Below the pieces are notes generated by a model, which worked only from the letters and a program-made list of their open reading frames with translations, was not told the origin of the DNA and made no database searches. Shown here piece after piece: positions 9,121-12,403 of a stretch of DNA of 12,403 bases. The position numbers and the translations under genes are program-made. This stretch comes from Nanobdellati archaeon. GTDB lineage: Archaea > EX4484-52 > GLR71. The stretch lies in NCBI GenBank assembly GCA_019429005.1, contig JAHYJR010000010.1, positions 12,238-24,640 of the forward strand, given 5' to 3'. Position 1 is the first letter of the stretch. Every line of letters begins with the position of its first letter.

Positions 9121-11091
9121 TCAATTATCACCCACATACCCTAATCGAGATTCGTAAATACCTGCCATATACTCTATAACATCACTATTTATAACGATTT
9201 CATTTCCAACAATATTTTTTAAAAAACCTTCTTGCTTCAACAATTTTGATGATAATCCAAAATACTTTTTTAAATTAAGATCACTTTCAATTATTTTTGT
9301 AAAATTATTTTGAAATTGTGCACTATTGTGAGGTATATAACCTGTTATCTTGTAACCAGGAATATTCAACATTTTATTTGAATTTGAATCAAACGAAATT
9401 TGTGAAAGTTCATTATCTATAACTTCGAGCTTATTTAATTTTTCAATATTAGTACCAAACAATCTACTTCCTGACAAATAATTTTTATAATCTAAAATAG
9501 ATAAATATTCTCCATCCTCTTCAATAATACCTCGCCTAAACATATCTAAAATATTAAACGATTTTGATCGTTTTGCAAAATCATATTTATCTGAAAATAT
9601 TTTACACTGCGTATCAAGAAAATCTTTCACACAAGTTATATTATAATTTGAAAAAGATACATTGTTACTTAACAAACCTTTCAATTCAATAAATATCTTA
9701 GACAACTCACAGACACCTGTTGTACCAATAAAATAAAGATCAAGCAAAGCATCTTGTTCCTGCTCAAGACCATATGTAAATTTTGATATATCATTTACAA
9801 TATAAATTGGTACAGACATTGTTGACATTTTATCTATCTGAGAACGCCAGGTTTCCATCGAAATTGTGTACACATCAATATCCTGCAAACCTGCTTTTTT
9901 TTTCAAAATATCTAACATAGCAAGATCACCTACGCCATCAGTCACAATTTTTATAAACGCGGTAGGTCTTGAAACCATATCATAACGACTAACACCTTGT
10001 GAATCCAAGATCATCATATCAGAAGGTGTATCTAAAATATGTGCTTCTGAAGATTTACACAAATTAATAAGATTGCCATCTAATTTTTCAACAAGTGGTT
10101 TAAAAAAAGATATTTTTTCATATCCATGATTAACAATGATATTATCTTTAATACACCGTCCTTTATTATCAAAATCAAATTTTGTACCTTTTACTATTAT
10201 TTCAGTATCAAGACCAAAACCAGATAAAACAGATTTTAAAGGATTAATAAGTAATTTTGCACTCAAATGCTCAGAAAGAGTTGTGAAAAAAAAAACATCA
10301 ACACCAAGTACAGATTGAATAAATACATTATATGCAAACGAATCTGAAATCGGACATTTATCTTGATGTTTCATATTATTATAGACCATATCAAGCACAA
10401 TAGAAAGATAATTCATATCTGAATTTTTCTCTCCAAAATTATAATAATCAAAAAAACCACTTTTAAGTTCTTCAGACACCTTAAATAATAAATCGTTATT
10501 TATAATACCATAATCATTTATCATACTATCCTTACTATTTGATTTTGGAATTTCACTTAAATTATATTTTTCAAGAAGAGGTACTATAGAATCAAATTTG
10601 CCGTGAGTAAAACCAACATCTGCAAAACCCATAAATGAATTATTCGGATTAAAATGATTAACCGTTAAATTACATCCATTCTTAGTAAAAACCCCATCAA
10701 AATCACAAAATGCCGTTCCATGCAAAGATAATAATCCATTATTCTCTAAATCTTCAATTGCCTTAGTATCATAATAAAGTATTGAATCAGACTTGTTTAT
10801 TGAACTAATATTTTCAGAAGTCATCTTTTTATCAGTCTTCAAAAATTCAAGAAGTGGTGTTCCACCATCAATCCAATGTAAAGCCTGTTTTTTTCCTGAA
10901 GACATAAGATTACTTCGCTTTTTAATAATCTTATCCCTAATCTTTAACAATGACTCAACGTCTTTTTCAACATTTGATATAACACAAAAACCAGAATCCT
11001 TTGAAAGATCCAAACGTTCTTTTAAGACAGACGAATTTAATCTGTTTACTCCATTTAGGAGCTTATTAAAAGATTTTTTAGCATCGGCCAA
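9121..11091 (-). CDS. Large protein containing a HAD-superfamily (subfamily IB, SerB/MtnX-like) phosphatase domain
   Basis: Motif I AFCDFDGVFT (D130/D132), motif II VDVFFFTT (T270/T271), SerB-like segment IVKGTKFDFDNKGR...HGYEK (K326), motif IV IVTDGVGDLAML (D385/D389). Long N- and C-terminal extensions. TTG start. Confidence 0.7.
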   Translation of the reverse strand: MADAKKSFNKLLNGVNRLNSSVLKERLDLSKDSGFCVISNVEKDVESLLKIRDKIIKKRSNLMSSGKKQALHWIDGGTPLLEFLKTDKKMTSENISSINKSDSILYYDTKAIEDLENNGLLSLHGTAFCDFDGVFTKNGCNLTVNHFNPNNSFMGFADVGFTHGKFDSIVPLLEKYNLSEIPKSNSKDSMINDYGIINNDLLFKVSEELKSGFFDYYNFGEKNSDMNYLSIVLDMVYNNMKHQDKCPISDSFAYNVFIQSVLGVDVFFFTTLSEHLSAKLLINPLKSVLSGFGLDTEIIVKGTKFDFDNKGRCIKDNIIVNHGYEKISFFKPLVEKLDGNLINLCKSSEAHILDTPSDMMILDSQGVSRYDMVSRPTAFIKIVTDGVGDLAMLDILKKKAGLQDIDVYTISMETWRSQIDKMSTMSVPIYIVNDISKFTYGLEQEQDALLDLYFIGTTGVCELSKIFIELKGLLSNNVSFSNYNITCVKDFLDTQCKIFSDKYDFAKRSKSFNILDMFRRGIIEEDGEYLSILDYKNYLSGSRLFGTNIEKLNKLEVIDNELSQISFDSNSNKMLNIPGYKITGYIPHNSAQFQNNFTKIIESDLNLKKYFGLSSKLLKQEGFLKNIVGNEIVINSDVIEYMAGIYESRLGYVGDN

Positions 11092-11133
11092 AAAAAACCA
11101 TCTTAAGATATATATTTAATATAAAAATACATT

Positions 11134-11997
11134 TCATTGATATTTAGATATCTTACTACCTGTCTGTATATCTAAAAATGAAGACTCATAAAGATTCTGT
11201 ATAAATACATCAAAATTTTGAGGATTAGGCATATCAGATTTTTTACATGGAAAAAACATTGCAAGATCAATCTCTTCTTCACGTTTTTTTGTAAGTCTCT
11301 GACCTCCTGATGTTCTAACATAAGGACTTCCAATAAATAAATTTGGATTAATAAAAACCCTATAATCATCAATTGGTTCTGGAACATGTATACTTAATAT
11401 ATCATGACCCAAACTCTCTGTAAGATATTTTATATCAGGACTATCAGAACCTTTATAAACATTATTTTCAAGAAGAAAGATTGTACGTGCTTCGGGACTA
11501 AGCTTATCCATTACATAAGGGAAAAAATCACACATTTTTGTTTTCTTATCCTCTTTTGCAGATTCAATAAAAATTTTACCTATACCCCTCTTAATCATTC
11601 TATGTAATTCTTTTGATTCATTAGTACTCCCATTTATAACATTTAACATAGACCTTTCTAACAAATCAAGTGTACAATAGTATTGTGATGTTACAAGTAC
11701 ATTTTTAGGTATTTTTTTATGACTTATAGCAATATCTATAAAAGGAATATCTTTGATATCTGTATTACTATTAAAATAATTAAGTCCTTTCAAAATCAAA
11801 ATATCATCATCATCTATTTTTTTGGTTTGTTTAGAATCAAGACCATAATACAGATTATCCTTAAATGCCTGATATTTCCGTTCAATCTGTCTAGATTTTT
11901 CTTTATCAAAAAATAAAGAGGTCTCAAAAAGAACAATAACTCCACATCCATTTTTACCTAACAAATCCGTAATTATACTTGAGTCACAAATAGACAT
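11134..11997 (-). CDS. Hypothetical protein, possibly a divergent PIN-fold nuclease
   Basis: 287-aa ORF with ATG start and TTTTTAAA at 12019-12026 about 26 nt upstream. VIVLFETSLF resembles the PIN first strand (hhhDTSh, here with Glu), and LSPEARTIFLL...GSDSPDIKYLTESLG resembles the PIN C-terminal motifs. The CDS is well supported; the fold call is weak. Confidence 0.45.
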   Translation of the reverse strand: MSICDSSIITDLLGKNGCGVIVLFETSLFFDKEKSRQIERKYQAFKDNLYYGLDSKQTKKIDDDDILILKGLNYFNSNTDIKDIPFIDIAISHKKIPKNVLVTSQYYCTLDLLERSMLNVINGSTNESKELHRMIKRGIGKIFIESAKEDKKTKMCDFFPYVMDKLSPEARTIFLLENNVYKGSDSPDIKYLTESLGHDILSIHVPEPIDDYRVFINPNLFIGSPYVRTSGGQRLTKKREEEIDLAMFFPCKKSDMPNPQNFDVFIQNLYESSFLDIQTGSKISKYQ

Positions 11998-12226
11998 ATA
12001 ATACTAATGATAACTAAATTTAAAAAATGTTACTATTTATATAAAAAAAGATAAAGATAACAAAAAATAAACTAAAACACAATTATAAGGCACAATTAAA
12101 GATAAATATATGACAAAATCCTAATACAATTCGTAAAAAAGTGTAATTTTAAAAAAACATAATAACACAGCAATTATATCTTATTTATAAGCTATATCAT
12201 AAACTATATAAAGTTATATCTATATA

Positions 12227-12403
12227 CAATATACTATATCAAATATACTATATCAAATATACTATATCAAATATAATATATCAAATATAATATATCAAAT
12301 ATAATATATCAAATATAATATATCAAATATAATATATCAAATATAATATATCAAATATAATATATCAAATATAATATATCAAATATAATATATCAAATAT
12401 AAT
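12227..12403. repeat. Intergenic tandem repeat, 14-bp unit AAATATA(C/A)TATATC x about 12.6, running off the window end
   Basis: Three copies of the C variant (12227-12268; the first begins with C) are followed by nine full copies and one partial copy of AAATATAATATATC. There are no spacers. Confidence 0.97.

Noticed and set aside
4951-11091. 713-aa or 656-aa proteins as Rad50/SMC or Mre11
   Set aside because: No Walker A, ABC signature, long coiled coil or CxxC hook, and no DxH/GD/GNHD phosphoesterase motifs.
3140-11916. Short ORFs overlapping herA, the HAD gene and the 287-aa gene (3140-3484, 3580-3765, 10136-10318, 10793-11119, 11172-11387, 11404-11607, 11719-11916)
   Set aside because: They lie wholly or almost wholly inside longer genes, mostly antisense, with no protein-like signatures.
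4363-11997. Integrated mobile element or provirus
   Set aside because: No integrase, transposase, tRNA, att-like direct repeats or virion genes were recognised, and the orphans are interleaved with nurA/herA and share their composition.
11998-12226. Replication origin with ORB elements, or an RNA gene
   Set aside because: The region is very AT-rich, but no ORB-like TCCA...GAAAC/G-string motif or GC-rich structured segment is visible, and no cdc6 is in the window.
12227-12403. CRISPR array
   Set aside because: The 14-bp units are head-to-tail with no unique spacers, and no cas genes are in the window.

Overview
AT-rich, archaeal-looking window (archaeal-type HerA and NurA, TATA boxes about 26 nt before start codons, a GGTGA Shine-Dalgarno site); lineage cannot be assigned from sequence alone. 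The left part holds a VanZ-family membrane protein divergent from an ABC exporter pair (ATPase plus multi-TM permease). The rest is a co-oriented minus-strand cluster, in transcription order: a divergent PIN-like protein (287 aa), a large protein with an embedded HAD-IB phosphatase domain (656 aa), a translationally coupled helical orphan, nurA, a large multi-winged-helix gene, and herA. No mre11 or rad50 is present. The 713-aa and 160-aa ORFs between nurA and herA share one frame and are separated by a single TAA, so they look like one 909-codon gene. The window ends in a near-perfect 14-bp tandem array. All domain calls are by eye from motifs; no searches were run.
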